Positions 48,642 to 59,011 of a DNA stretch of 64,000 nucleotides are shown piece by piece. Every line of letters starts with the position of its first letter. The stretch's first letter is position 1. A program made the translations under genes and the position numbers. The stretch is from Candidatus Sumerlaeaceae bacterium. GTDB lineage: Bacteria > Sumerlaeota > Sumerlaeia > Sumerlaeales > Sumerlaeaceae. Below the pieces are notes generated by a model. That model worked only from the letters and a program-made list of their open reading frames with translations. It made no database searches and had not been told where the DNA came from. Location of the stretch: the NCBI GenBank assembly GCA_051003195.1, contig JBPCLP010000028.1, positions 1-64,000 of the forward strand, written 5' to 3'.

Positions 48642-49676
48642 TTGTCCCGTTTGGCAGACTTGACAGAGCCCTTGCCGAGGCAGCAACACAGCGCTGTGCC
48701 CGGTCCCGCGGAAAAACTACGCATTATGGTTGTCGAAGATGAGCCCGATATCGCGCTCATTCTTTCAGAAATTTTAAGTGCCTTTTACGAAGTTGTACTG
48801 GCAACCAATGGCCTGGAGGCGCTCGAGCGGCTGGGCCGCTACGAACCTGATATTACCGTCATGGATCTGATGATGCCTGTGCTGGACGGGTTCGACACAA
48901 CGCGCGCCATAAAGAAAGATGCGCGCTATGCGCACATGCCTGTGCTGTTTCTTACCGCACGCAAAGACAATCAATCCGTACGGCAGGCGATGCTCTCGGG
49001 CGGCGACATGTACCTCGAGAAGCCGTTTAATCCGCCCGAGTTGCTGGAGCGCATCCAGGAACTCGCAGCCAAAAACCGGGTCATGCCCAGGCGCAAGCAG
49101 TACACCGTGCCGGAAGTAAACGCACATTTCGAGGCAATGGCAAACGCTCCGCCTCCTGCGCCGGCCCGGCCCAAGACGAACCAGTCCGCGCCTGCGCGGC
49201 CACTTACCGAGCAGCTCGCTGCTCATGCCGCCCATCCACGCGTTCGGATCCTTGCGGTTGATGACGATTCTGATGTGCTGAACTTCACCAAAACGATATT
49301 GGCCGAGGACTATGAGGTCATCACGACGCTGGACAGTGAGAGTGCTCCGGACAAGATCATCGCCTATCAGCCCGATATTCTACTGCTCGACATACAGATG
49401 CCTAAACTTAACGGCTTCCACCTGTCACATTTGATCCGGCTGAACCGGCGACTGCGGGGAGCGAAAATTATTTTCGTTTCATCCAGATCGGACCGCATTG
49501 CAATGGAAACGGCCTTTGATCTCGGTGCGAGTGAGTATCTTGAGAAGCCCTTCACGCCGGAACAGTTAAAGCGAAAATTGCGCGATGTGACTGCAAAACC
49601 CGATTTCGCCCGCAGTAAGAAGAGAATCGAGTACCGGGAAATTCTCCGCCGGGAAGGCCCGGTAAGCCAGATGTAG
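48642..49676 (+). CDS. tandem double-receiver response regulator
   Basis: two receivers (VEDE..MDLMMP..EKPF; VDDD..LDIQMP..EKPF) joined by a Pro-rich linker; start uncertain. Confidence 0.85.
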   Translation: MSRLADLTEPLPRQQHSAVPGPAEKLRIMVVEDEPDIALILSEILSAFYEVVLATNGLEALERLGRYEPDITVMDLMMPVLDGFDTTRAIKKDARYAHMPVLFLTARKDNQSVRQAMLSGGDMYLEKPFNPPELLERIQELAAKNRVMPRRKQYTVPEVNAHFEAMANAPPPAPARPKTNQSAPARPLTEQLAAHAAHPRVRILAVDDDSDVLNFTKTILAEDYEVITTLDSESAPDKIIAYQPDILLLDIQMPKLNGFHLSHLIRLNRRLRGAKIIFVSSRSDRIAMETAFDLGASEYLEKPFTPEQLKRKLRDVTAKPDFARSKKRIEYREILRREGPVSQM

Positions 49677-49704
49677 TGCACCGCCCGGGGCTGGATACCC
49701 GGTT

Positions 49705-51762
49705 CTACTCCTCGCGCAGACCGCAGTAGAGCTTGTTCTCCCACTTGTAATTCGTGTTCTCGATTTCCGCGCTCCAGATGTGGCCCGTGTTTGTAGTAAT
49801 GTGCTCGTCTTCTTTTGAGAATTCCCGCCGATATCCCAACGGGCGAAGGTGGCGCGCTGCCACACGTCGCGCAGTACGCTCGACTATGTTAGCCGGATTA
49901 TCATCCACCTGCGACTTCAGAGATTCGTTCCACTCCTGCAAGGTGACACCATAATCTGCGAGCACGTAACGATCATAGGCCGTATGGAAATCGAGCAGCT
50001 CCGTCCGCATCAGATCCAGCACCCGCTTCGCATCCGCCGTTTTGCCCATCCAGTGATACAACGTGACCAGGTTGCACAGTCCCAGCGTTAGCATCACGGT
50101 GCATTGGTACACGGCGCGATTGTCCAGGTTCTCATAAGCAGTGGCGTAGCTTCGGTGTGAGTCGAGGATGAAGTAATAGCCCTGCGCTGCCACGGCGGCC
50201 ATGAGATAATCCTCATCTTTTACCCGCTTCTTTACATCGCGCATCAGGTACTGGTCCACGAGCGCACGAATCTCGACGTCCGCCTCGCTCATGTCCTGCT
50301 GCAGGAACAGCTCGCGCCAGTGCGCGTGCGAAAAATGAACCAGGAACTCGGTCACATTGCGACGCACAATCTTAGCATCTTTCGCCGTACATAGACTTGC
50401 GAGAATTTCGAGAAATCCGCCGGTCATTGTGGTCGGATCTCCCTTCGCAGCTTTGCTGCAATTCGCGCGTGCTTTCACATACGCCATTTTCCACGCCTGC
50501 GGACCGATCTCCTGCACCTTGCCCGTCCGGGTGCGACGTATATACGGACGGTTTTCATCCACGAGCTTAAAGAACGCATTGCTGTCTAGAACGCCTTCCC
50601 AGCGCCCGAGGCTCGGGTTCGTATGCCAGTCCGTCCAGGCAGTATTTTCCTTTAATCCGACTTCCTGTGGCTCGTGCGGCGCCATGCCAAACTTACCGCT
50701 CATCTTGCGGCGGACGTATACGTCGGTGGAGACAGGCATGTAACTTAACTGGGCCAGCTTGACGACCTTCTGCTCGAAATTGAGGGCGGACTTATTGTTA
50801 AAGATAAGGCTTTCGAGTTCCTCAAAATGTCCCCAGCAGTAGTCGACACCCTGCTCATTGAGCTCGCTGTCGACCTTGGCGATCGTGCGATCGATCAGTT
50901 TCTTTACTGAGGGATTTGAGTAAGTAACCCAGTCGCTGAAGCTGCGGTCGCGAAAAACAACACTGACCGTCGCTTTTGGGTTCAGGTGAACCTGGTTCCA
51001 GCTCTTCATCAGGATGTCGATGTCGGTGGGCTGTACCTGGACATCATCCAGAAGCAATAACAGGTGAGGTTCGTGAATGCGATCGCGCTTGGCTAACGCG
51101 ATAAACTCCTCGTACAGAATGTCCAGAGTTGCGCGCGAATAGCCGCTTTCCGGAAACCAGAAGGGCACGATGAACTTCGTTTCACCATGGACGGTGCGCA
51201 GATGCTCATGGTAGAGTTTTATGACGTCCCAGTAGAGCAACAACCCCACACGGATGCAGAGCCTGCGATCGAAGTCGTTGTCCAGCAGCGGAAGTATCGC
51301 GTGAAAGGGGGAAGTGGCACAAGGTGATACGACGCCTGTGCGGAACAGCTCCAATACCGTACCGTATGTATTTTCGCCCTGCTCATAATCGAGCTCGATC
51401 ATCCGGTGCAGGGTGTCGGGATCTATATCCATGCTCGTGAACGGCAGCATGCCGCGTTCTTCGAACTTTTCGGCCATGGCCTGCCGGGTATAGAACGAAA
51501 TGGATGAAAAAAGCCGCAGGAATACCCTGTAGCATTTCATCATCATATCCGTCCAATTCTTGCCTCGGACGACCTCCGTGCCAATCACGGTGCTTACAGG
51601 CGCAATTCTCTCGAGGTACTTTGGGGGTTCTGAGAGTTTCTCGATCCATTCATCGAGATCTGCGTCATCCAGATTGGGGGGAAGATTGCGGTCGATATCG
51701 ACGCGGGAGCCAAGTTGACAGGAGTGACTATGGTAAACCGGGTGCAGTTGGTTTGCGGGCAT
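49705..51762 (-). CDS. uncharacterised protein, probable divergent GH57-like fold
   Basis: HPVYHSHSCQ, TSPFHAILPLL, FWFPESGY, VFRDRSFSD resemble GH57 conserved regions. Confidence 0.65.
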   Translation of the reverse strand: MPANQLHPVYHSHSCQLGSRVDIDRNLPPNLDDADLDEWIEKLSEPPKYLERIAPVSTVIGTEVVRGKNWTDMMMKCYRVFLRLFSSISFYTRQAMAEKFEERGMLPFTSMDIDPDTLHRMIELDYEQGENTYGTVLELFRTGVVSPCATSPFHAILPLLDNDFDRRLCIRVGLLLYWDVIKLYHEHLRTVHGETKFIVPFWFPESGYSRATLDILYEEFIALAKRDRIHEPHLLLLLDDVQVQPTDIDILMKSWNQVHLNPKATVSVVFRDRSFSDWVTYSNPSVKKLIDRTIAKVDSELNEQGVDYCWGHFEELESLIFNNKSALNFEQKVVKLAQLSYMPVSTDVYVRRKMSGKFGMAPHEPQEVGLKENTAWTDWHTNPSLGRWEGVLDSNAFFKLVDENRPYIRRTRTGKVQEIGPQAWKMAYVKARANCSKAAKGDPTTMTGGFLEILASLCTAKDAKIVRRNVTEFLVHFSHAHWRELFLQQDMSEADVEIRALVDQYLMRDVKKRVKDEDYLMAAVAAQGYYFILDSHRSYATAYENLDNRAVYQCTVMLTLGLCNLVTLYHWMGKTADAKRVLDLMRTELLDFHTAYDRYVLADYGVTLQEWNESLKSQVDDNPANIVERTARRVAARHLRPLGYRREFSKEDEHITTNTGHIWSAEIENTNYKWENKLYCGLREE

Positions 51763-51951
51763 GCCTTGGGGCTTCTAGATTCCTTCTGGATAGCGGGTTT
51801 GATACAAAAAACTAAGAAACGCAGCGGTGCATGTTTAGTGCTGTCAACTGTTTTTGTTCAGTTCGAGGCCGTGTTTGCTCCACCTTGGCGGTTCGATTCC
51901 GCCTCCCGGGCACCCCCACGCATAATCCAAATCACGTTTAATGAAGCTAAG

Positions 51952-51984
51952 AAAAAGCCGGGTCTCCACGCAAGCCGACCCGGC
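51952..51984 (-). terminator. intrinsic terminator of the EutN/CcmL gene
   Basis: GCCGGGTC..GACCCGGC stem with a T5 run on the minus strand. Confidence 0.6.
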
Positions 51985-52010
51985 AATTCACTAGCTTATA
52001 GGTATCCAGA

Positions 52011-52319
52011 TCAGGGGTTTGCGGCCACACTGTTGCCGAATTGCGGCTTGCCGGCGGTTTGCACCCGGTCTACCACACCCATCACAAGCTCCCGAATCGG
52101 AGCTTTCGGAATACCAAATACGTTGGAGGCCAGCCCTGGGGCCGCACCTACCAGAACAATATCCCCCTCACCTGCACCCACGTAATCAATAGCGATCGTA
52201 GATGGACCGCTGGCATTCTGATATAAGTCCAGTTTCTGGACCATGAGTAGCTTCCGGTCCTGATAAGCATCGTGCTTATCAGACGAAACCACGTTACCGA
52301 TTACCTTCCCAAGAAACAT
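52011..52319 (-). CDS. EutN/CcmL bacterial microcompartment vertex (pentamer) protein
   Basis: MFLGKVIGNVVSS.K, KLLMVQ, AIDYVGAGEGDIVLV, GVVD. Confidence 0.92.
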   Translation of the reverse strand: MFLGKVIGNVVSSDKHDAYQDRKLLMVQKLDLYQNASGPSTIAIDYVGAGEGDIVLVGAAPGLASNVFGIPKAPIRELVMGVVDRVQTAGKPQFGNSVAANP

Positions 52320-52564
52320 AAGTCGCTACCTCTCTTTTGGAAGTGCGCGGGAACTCCCCGTGGTACTTCAGGTACACGCAATCTGGCCAGATTATCCGTC
52401 TTATGCGAGATATATATTTTCAGTATTTTCAATGGTGCGGCGCGGCTCTTGCTACGCTTGTACACACCTTTGACGTAGCAAAGCCAAGACTGCCATTCTG
52501 CCACAGAATAAGAGCGGTTTATCTTGTTAAAGATGCAGCATAATAAAAACTGCACAATGAGGAA

Positions 52565-52903
52565 ATGATGAAGAAGGGATCAGGTAAAGGGCGACAGGGA
52601 GCGGGGAGGCCAGCGGGCTCCTCTGGCAGCTCGAAAAATGCAGCCATTACACGAATTCTTGTCGGTGTTCGCATCGAACCGCGCCTGGTCAAAGTGATGA
52701 AAGCCCTTGCGGAGCTGCACGATTGCGCCCTGGGTGAACTTATTGAGATGGTATTCTGGAACTCTATGGACGGCGGCAACTTATTCGCCGAGAAGAATGG
52801 CCGACTTTCCAGCGACACTCGCCAGCAGATTCAGAATCTAAAGCAGGTCTATGGCGTGAACTACAAACTTGATGCCCTGCAAAAGCCGAAATCGCGCGGA
52901 TAA
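52565..52903 (+). CDS. small basic protein, possible ribbon-helix-helix DNA binder
   Basis: VGVRIEPRLVKVMKALAELHDCALGELIE strand-helix-helix pattern; GAGG RBS. Confidence 0.6.
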   Translation: MMKKGSGKGRQGAGRPAGSSGSSKNAAITRILVGVRIEPRLVKVMKALAELHDCALGELIEMVFWNSMDGGNLFAEKNGRLSSDTRQQIQNLKQVYGVNYKLDALQKPKSRG

Positions 52904-52998
52904 TAGACCTTAAAAGCCTGTCGAGCGTCAGGGTGAAGTCGAGGCCGTCAGCCACCGAAGACAATTGAGTCGCGGGTTTAGCCGCGACTGGATGTGCC

Positions 52999-54441
52999 AT
53001 GGATCTCTTTGAAAGCGAACCGGACGCAAAGCACAGCGCCACGAACAAGGCGAATGCGCCATTATCGGAGCGCATGCGCCCGCGCACGCTGGAGGAATTT
53101 GTAGGCCAGCACGAAGTTCTCGGCCCCGACGCTCCACTGACGCGTCTGATCCAGATGGGCGAGCTGCGGTCGATTGTTCTCTGGGGCCCTCCTGGAACCG
53201 GCAAAACTACGATTGCTGCAATTATCGCCTACCATGTGCGCGCGCATTTTATCACGATCAGCGCAGTAACGGCGTCGATCAAAGATGTAAAAGTCATTAT
53301 GGAAGAAGCACGGCAGAGCCGTCGTGCCGGCAGTGATCGGCGGACCATCTTATTTGTCGACGAGATTCACCGTTTTAACAAAGCCCAGCAGGACGCGTTT
53401 CTTCCCTTTATCGAGGAAGGCTCCATTGTTCTGATTGGAGCCACAACGGAGAATCCGTCGTTCAGCCTTGTTTCCGCACTGCTCTCGCGCTGCCGCGTTT
53501 TCATCCTGAAGGGACTCAGCGAACCCGAGATTATTACCATCCTGCAACGCGCGCTTTCGGACGAAGAGCGCGGTTTGGGTGCACAGCATGCACATGTTTC
53601 GGATGAGATTTTACAGCAAATGGCGCGACTCTCCGATGGAGACGCGCGGCGCGCATTAAATCTCCTCGAACTGGCGGTGCAGATTGCTCCGCGAGGTCCC
53701 CGTGAAGAGGGTCCGACCATCGATGCCGAAGCTCTACGCTTAGTACTGCAACGCCAGCACCTCATCTATGACAAGACAGGTGAGGAACATTACAATACCA
53801 TCAGTGCGCTGCACAAGGCGATGCGCTCCAGCGACGTGCAGGCCGCCGTCTACTGGACCGGCCGCATGCTGGTTTCGGGCGAGGACCCGCTTTACCTGGC
53901 CCGCCGCATGATACGTTTTGCGAGCGAAGACATTGGTAACGCCGACCCGCAGGCTCTGCCGCTGGCCCTTGCTGCGCGTGAGGCTTTCCGGGTTTTAGGC
54001 TCCCCGGAAGGTGAATTGGCATTATTTCAACTCGCTGCCTACCTTGCAACTGCCCCAAAGAGCAACGCGAGCTATGCAGCAGAAAAAAAAGTGCGACGCG
54101 AGATTGAAGCGACCGGAAGTCTGCCTGTTCCGCTGCACATACGAAATGCACCGACGTCTCTTATGAAGCAGATCGGCTACGCGAGCGGCTATCAATATGA
54201 TCATCAATTCGAAGGCGGCTTTTCTGGACAGGACTGCCTTCCGGGAGGCGTAGCCGAGCGGGTATTCTATGAGCCGGCACCCTATGGCTTTGAGCGCGAT
54301 ATTCAAAAGCGAATTGAATGGTGGGAGAAGCGCCGCGCCGAACTGCGTGACATGCAACCTGAGCGGGAGGAGATGAAAACCGAGGTCCCGCCTGCGAGAG
54401 AAAGTAAGCAACCACCCAAACGGAAAAAGAGCCGCAGCTAA
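52999..54441 (+). CDS. rarA: replication-associated recombination protein A (MgsA)
   Basis: PLSERMRP, WGPPGTGKTT, DEIHRFNKAQQD, GATTENPSF, ASEDIG, PKSN. Confidence 0.96.
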   Translation: MDLFESEPDAKHSATNKANAPLSERMRPRTLEEFVGQHEVLGPDAPLTRLIQMGELRSIVLWGPPGTGKTTIAAIIAYHVRAHFITISAVTASIKDVKVIMEEARQSRRAGSDRRTILFVDEIHRFNKAQQDAFLPFIEEGSIVLIGATTENPSFSLVSALLSRCRVFILKGLSEPEIITILQRALSDEERGLGAQHAHVSDEILQQMARLSDGDARRALNLLELAVQIAPRGPREEGPTIDAEALRLVLQRQHLIYDKTGEEHYNTISALHKAMRSSDVQAAVYWTGRMLVSGEDPLYLARRMIRFASEDIGNADPQALPLALAAREAFRVLGSPEGELALFQLAAYLATAPKSNASYAAEKKVRREIEATGSLPVPLHIRNAPTSLMKQIGYASGYQYDHQFEGGFSGQDCLPGGVAERVFYEPAPYGFERDIQKRIEWWEKRRAELRDMQPEREEMKTEVPPARESKQPPKRKKSRS

Positions 54442-54680
54442 ATCGCCACGTAATTCGGGTGCTGAAGCTGGATGATGCTTTCGCTAAGCGATTAAACGCA
54501 TATTGTTCGAGATCAGTACATGGGTTTACTCAATACTGAAAGTGACTTGGGCTAACGATGGGTTAGTGGTTGACCTTGAACGCCCCTGGCATAACTCGGA
54601 CTAGCGAAACTGAAATCGGTTGCGTTCAAATTCGACATTACGCTTTCAGCTAAGCCTGTTTCATATATTGGGGGGATCGT

Positions 54681-55454
54681 ATGCTCAGCCAGGAACAAAT
54701 CAATTTCTACCGTGAGAACGGTTATCTGCTGGTGAAGGGCCTTTTCTCGAAAGAGGAGGCCAGGTCATTTCGTGCGGAAGCCCACGGGATCGTAGAGCGC
54801 ATGACAAAACGCGGCACTGACATTGATGCGACCTGGGGCTCCGCCAGGGAAGCCGGCGGCGAACGTGGTACAACCCAGATCCTGCATTGCCACGACGCGC
54901 AGTTTCAGTCGGCTGCATTCTCGCGCATGATCGTTGACCCAAGGTTTTGTGAGGCGGCCAGCGAAGTCATGGGTACTCCCAATATCGAGCTGCATCACAC
55001 CAAAATGTTTATTAAGCCTCCCGAAAATGGCAGTCCGTTCCCCATGCACCAGGACTACCATTATTTCCCGCACGCCAAAAATTCGATGATCGCTGCGATC
55101 ATACACCTGGATGATGCGCCGCTGGAAAAGGGGTGCCTGCGCGTTTACCCGGGCAGCCATAAGCTCGGACCACTCGACCAGAATCCAGATGGAGGCTGGC
55201 ATTTACCGGCAGAGAAGTATTCGCTGGAAGCTGCAACTCCGCTGCCGGGGGAAGCAGGAGATGTCATTTTCTTCAGCTATTTGACCATTCATGGTTCCGG
55301 ACTGAACGTCAGTCCCGAACACCGGACGACCATTCTGGTGCAGATGCGTGAAGCCGGCGATGAACCCACCGTGGAGACGCACCGGTCGCGTGGGCAGGGA
55401 ATGATGCTACACGGAATCCATCCCACTGCATCACCTTACATGGAACACGGATGA
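54681..55454 (+). CDS. PhyH-family Fe(II)/2-oxoglutarate dioxygenase
   Basis: YRENGYL, HQD, GCLRVYPGSH, IHGS, R. Confidence 0.9.
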   Translation: MLSQEQINFYRENGYLLVKGLFSKEEARSFRAEAHGIVERMTKRGTDIDATWGSAREAGGERGTTQILHCHDAQFQSAAFSRMIVDPRFCEAASEVMGTPNIELHHTKMFIKPPENGSPFPMHQDYHYFPHAKNSMIAAIIHLDDAPLEKGCLRVYPGSHKLGPLDQNPDGGWHLPAEKYSLEAATPLPGEAGDVIFFSYLTIHGSGLNVSPEHRTTILVQMREAGDEPTVETHRSRGQGMMLHGIHPTASPYMEHG

Positions 55455-55888
55455 ACCGCGTAGCAACTTTGGTGGAGTGGGGCTGTATTGCGGTATGTGC
55501 GGCTCTGGTATGGTTCCTGGAGCCTCTCTTCCCACGGATGCTCCCAGCCGGGGAAATCCTGTTATATGGATCAGCACTGCTGTTGTTCCAGGGGCTGTTA
55601 CGCGATTTGTACCTGATGTACATGGTGCCAAAGCCAGTCACCTGCCAGATCAAAAGTCACAGTCGCTGCCTCTGCATGGAATCTGCAATTGGCAGCATTG
55701 GAGTAGTTGCCGGCGTAGCGATGCTCGTCGCAATGGGAATGAACCGGCGCGTACATTTGCCAGCGTATGCCTGGCCGTTGCTGGTGTTGCTGATAGGCAC
55801 GGTCGGTTTTTCTTTACGAGAATTCGTGATCGACTGGAAAGCGCGGCAACTTCAACGTGGCATGGACCACCGCGTCGAGCGGGCCTAG
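55451..55888 (+). CDS. small 4-TM membrane protein
   Basis: ATGA-coupled to the PhyH gene; hydrophobic helices, CLCMES loop. Confidence 0.65.
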   Translation: MNRVATLVEWGCIAVCAALVWFLEPLFPRMLPAGEILLYGSALLLFQGLLRDLYLMYMVPKPVTCQIKSHSRCLCMESAIGSIGVVAGVAMLVAMGMNRRVHLPAYAWPLLVLLIGTVGFSLREFVIDWKARQLQRGMDHRVERA

Positions 55889-56340
55889 CCCGTTCGCGTG
55901 ATCGTCATTTCTCGGTTTTCTGCCGGAGTGACGTAATACACCTCGTCAAATGCCTCCTCGGGCTGCGGCGGACGCAGTTTGCTGGCGGATACGTAGATGG
56001 CCACATCTGGCACGCGTGCTTTCCCGGCCCGTCGGTGATTGCGCCTCACGCATTCGACTTTGGGCGTGTTGAAGAAGTAAGCAATCAGCGTCGCGCCATG
56101 TGCTCTGCCGATTTCCAGGAGCGCAGCACGCGACGCAACCGACGGATTCGTATTGTCGATCACCACGCTTCGCCCCTGCTGCAGCGCATCGGTTGCGAGT
56201 TGCTGCTGTCGCCGTTCAGGACGGCGGTTGTTCGGCATTCGGTCTTTGCTGATGTGAAAATGGGTATCAGCAAACATGCGCTCATAAAACGTTGTCTTCC
56301 CCGATCCTGGTAATCCGATAAATACTACCAACTCAGCCAT
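55885..56340 (-). CDS. AAA_33 / polynucleotide-kinase-like P-loop protein
   Basis: GLPGSGKT, SKD, VVIDNTN, RN..R. Confidence 0.85.
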   Translation of the reverse strand: MAELVVFIGLPGSGKTTFYERMFADTHFHISKDRMPNNRRPERRQQQLATDALQQGRSVVIDNTNPSVASRAALLEIGRAHGATLIAYFFNTPKVECVRRNHRRAGKARVPDVAIYVSASKLRPPQPEEAFDEVYYVTPAENREMTITRTG

Positions 56341-56515
56341 TTCCTAACCCCCGGGCCATCAATCATGTTCTCATCCCAGTCCACGCAATGGCATACCGTT
56401 CGCATAATGTTTGTGCCTGCGGAAATTCTGTCACCGTTTACTGCGCTTTGTATCCGTTGACCCGCACTTTCCCGACACTACATCTCGAAAACTATAAAGA
56501 ATATTAATCCCACCG

Positions 56516-58972
56516 ATGCCAGCTAACCCACGCTACCTTTGCATTCATGGACATTTTTATCAGCCGCCGCGTGAAAACCCGTGGCTTGAGGCTATTGAGC
56601 TCCAGGATAGCGCGAAGCCATTCCACGATTGGAACGAACGCATTAATGCTGAGTGCTACGCTCCGAATTCGGCGGCCCGCATCCAGGACCACGAGGGGCA
56701 CATTCTTGGAATCATTAATAATTATGCCCGTATCAGTTTTAATTTTGGACCAACGCTTCTGAGTTGGATGGAGCATGGCGCTCCCGATGTCTATCGGGCC
56801 ATCCTTGAGGCTGACAAAGACAGTTCACAACGATTCGGTGGCCACGGCTCTGCACTTGCTCAAGTGTACAACCACGTGATACTGCCTCTCGCAAACGCCC
56901 GCGATAAAAGAACCCAGGTCATCTGGGGAATACGCGATTTCGAAAAACGTTTCCAGCGTAAGCCTGAAGGAATGTGGCTGGCCGAGGCGGCAGTGGACAC
57001 GGAAAGCCTGGAAGTGCTTGCGGATCATGGGATTAAGTTTACGGTGCTGGCGCCAGGCCAGGCCGTCAGGGTGCGGCCGCTTGCCGCAAACGCCCGTGAT
57101 GTTCCGGACATTGGCTGGGAGGATGTAAGCGGTGGCCGCGTGGATCCGGCGCGCGCATATCAGTGCAATCTGCCGAGCGGCCGCTCGCTCGCAGTGTTTT
57201 TCTACGATGGACCTATTTCCCAGGCGGTTGCGTTTGAAGGACTGCTGCGAAGTGGTAAGAAATTCGCCGGACGGCTGCTGTCGGGGTTCTCTGAGGAACG
57301 AAAATACCCGCAGTTATTGCACATATCAACCGACGGCGAAACTTATGGGCACCACCACAAGTTTGGCGATATGGCGCTGGCGTATGCCTTGCATCACATC
57401 GAATCCAATGATCTCGCACGCCTCACTGTCTATGGCGAGTATCTTGAACGTCACCCGCCGCAGTGGGAAGCTCGCATTCACGAAGAGTCGAGCTGGAGCT
57501 GCGCGCATGGTATAGAGCGCTGGCGAAGCGACTGTGGCTGCAGCAGTGGCAGCGCCGGATGGAACCAGATGTGGCGTGGTTCTCTCCGGGAAGCTTTCGA
57601 TTGGCTTCGCGACTCTGTAGCCCCGCTTTTTGAGAAGTCGGGAGCTGCTCTGTTTTGCAATCCGTGGGACGCGCGCGACGCGTACATTGATGTGTTGCTG
57701 GCGCGCGATGATTCTTCAATCGAGAAGTTCCTATCAGCGCATGTGTCGGCCCCGCTCGATGACGCCCTTACGGTTCGTGCCTTGAAATTAATGGAGCTGC
57801 AACGCCACGCAATGCTGATGTACACAAGCTGCGGCTGGTTTTTTGACGAGCTGTCCGGCATAGAAACCGTGCAGGTCATTCAGTACGGTGGACGAGTCGT
57901 ACAGCTGGCCGAGGAACTGTTCGGTGTGCAATTGGAGGAAGAATTTAAGCGGAGACTGGAAAAGGCCAAAAGCAATATTGTGGAACACTGCGACGGGAAA
58001 TGCATCTACGAAAAGTACGTGAAGCCCGCGATGGTCGACCTGACTCGCGTCGGCGCTCACTATGCAGTCAGCAGCTTGTTCCATGCGGCCGGCGAGCGGA
58101 GCGAAATCTTTGCCTTCGATGTTGAACGCGACGATATGCGCCTGTTCGAAGCCGGGCATGCCCGGTTCGCCGTTGGCAAAGCACGCATAACAAGTCATGT
58201 CACGCGCGAGACCGGGAGATTCACTTATTCGGTTCTGCATTTCGGCGACCACAATCTCACCGCAGGCGTGCGCGGCCCGATCTCTGAAGAAGCGTACGAG
58301 GATTTTATCAGGGAATCCGGGGGTGCTTTTCTCAAGGCAGACCTGCCAGAAGTGATCCGTATTCTCGACAGGCAGTTCTACGGTCTGACATTCTCGCTGG
58401 CTTCCCTGTTCAAGGATGAGCAGCGGAAAATCCTGGATGAGATTCTCACTTCCACACTTGAGCAGGCAAGCTCAACGCTTCGTCTGGTGTTCGAGCATCA
58501 CGCCCCCCTTATGAACTTTCTTGGCGCTCTCGGGGTGCCTCAACCGCAGGTGCTGCGATCTGCAGGGCAGTTTGTCCTCGGCGCAGAACTGCGTGAACTT
58601 ATCGAAGCGGGAGTGCGCGACACTATCCGCATACGTGCTCTTCTGTCCGATGCAAAACTCTGGGATCTAAGCCTCGCCGCCGAAGGAGTGGAGCTCGCGC
58701 TGAACCGTGCAATTGTGCGACGGGCGGAGGAATGGGACGCAAGCCGAACTGCACTGGAACCCATGGAGGCCGTTCTCGTGCTTGTGGAAATCGCCCGCGA
58801 AATGCCGTTTGCCGTTAATTTCTGGCGTGCGCAGAATGTCTTTTATGATGTGCTGCAGGAAACCTTGCCTGAAGTTCGCAAACGTGAACGAACCGGCGAT
58901 AAGGCGGCCCAGGAATGGCTCGAAGTATTTAGCCGGCTGGGTGCGGGAATGAAGGTGAAGATTGAGCGGTGA
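56516..58972 (+). CDS. GH57-family glycoside hydrolase with DUF3536-type C-terminus
   Basis: IHGHFYQPPRENPW, YNHVILPL, GMWLAE, TDGETYGHH, SWSCAHG.ERW, MYTSCGWFFD. Confidence 0.9.
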   Translation: MPANPRYLCIHGHFYQPPRENPWLEAIELQDSAKPFHDWNERINAECYAPNSAARIQDHEGHILGIINNYARISFNFGPTLLSWMEHGAPDVYRAILEADKDSSQRFGGHGSALAQVYNHVILPLANARDKRTQVIWGIRDFEKRFQRKPEGMWLAEAAVDTESLEVLADHGIKFTVLAPGQAVRVRPLAANARDVPDIGWEDVSGGRVDPARAYQCNLPSGRSLAVFFYDGPISQAVAFEGLLRSGKKFAGRLLSGFSEERKYPQLLHISTDGETYGHHHKFGDMALAYALHHIESNDLARLTVYGEYLERHPPQWEARIHEESSWSCAHGIERWRSDCGCSSGSAGWNQMWRGSLREAFDWLRDSVAPLFEKSGAALFCNPWDARDAYIDVLLARDDSSIEKFLSAHVSAPLDDALTVRALKLMELQRHAMLMYTSCGWFFDELSGIETVQVIQYGGRVVQLAEELFGVQLEEEFKRRLEKAKSNIVEHCDGKCIYEKYVKPAMVDLTRVGAHYAVSSLFHAAGERSEIFAFDVERDDMRLFEAGHARFAVGKARITSHVTRETGRFTYSVLHFGDHNLTAGVRGPISEEAYEDFIRESGGAFLKADLPEVIRILDRQFYGLTFSLASLFKDEQRKILDEILTSTLEQASSTLRLVFEHHAPLMNFLGALGVPQPQVLRSAGQFVLGAELRELIEAGVRDTIRIRALLSDAKLWDLSLAAEGVELALNRAIVRRAEEWDASRTALEPMEAVLVLVEIAREMPFAVNFWRAQNVFYDVLQETLPEVRKRERTGDKAAQEWLEVFSRLGAGMKVKIER

Positions 58973-59011
58973 ACACCGCGCATTGTGCGCGACGGTTCTG
59001 TGGCGATTTTC

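Noticed and set aside
51840..51920. Complete tRNA gene (including tRNA-Sec)
   Set aside because: A cloverleaf cannot be folded; only a T-arm-like hairpin is present.
54611..54624. LacI-type operator TGAAATCGGTTGCG upstream of the PhyH gene
   Set aside because: Imperfect single match and no LacI gene in the window; too weak to call.
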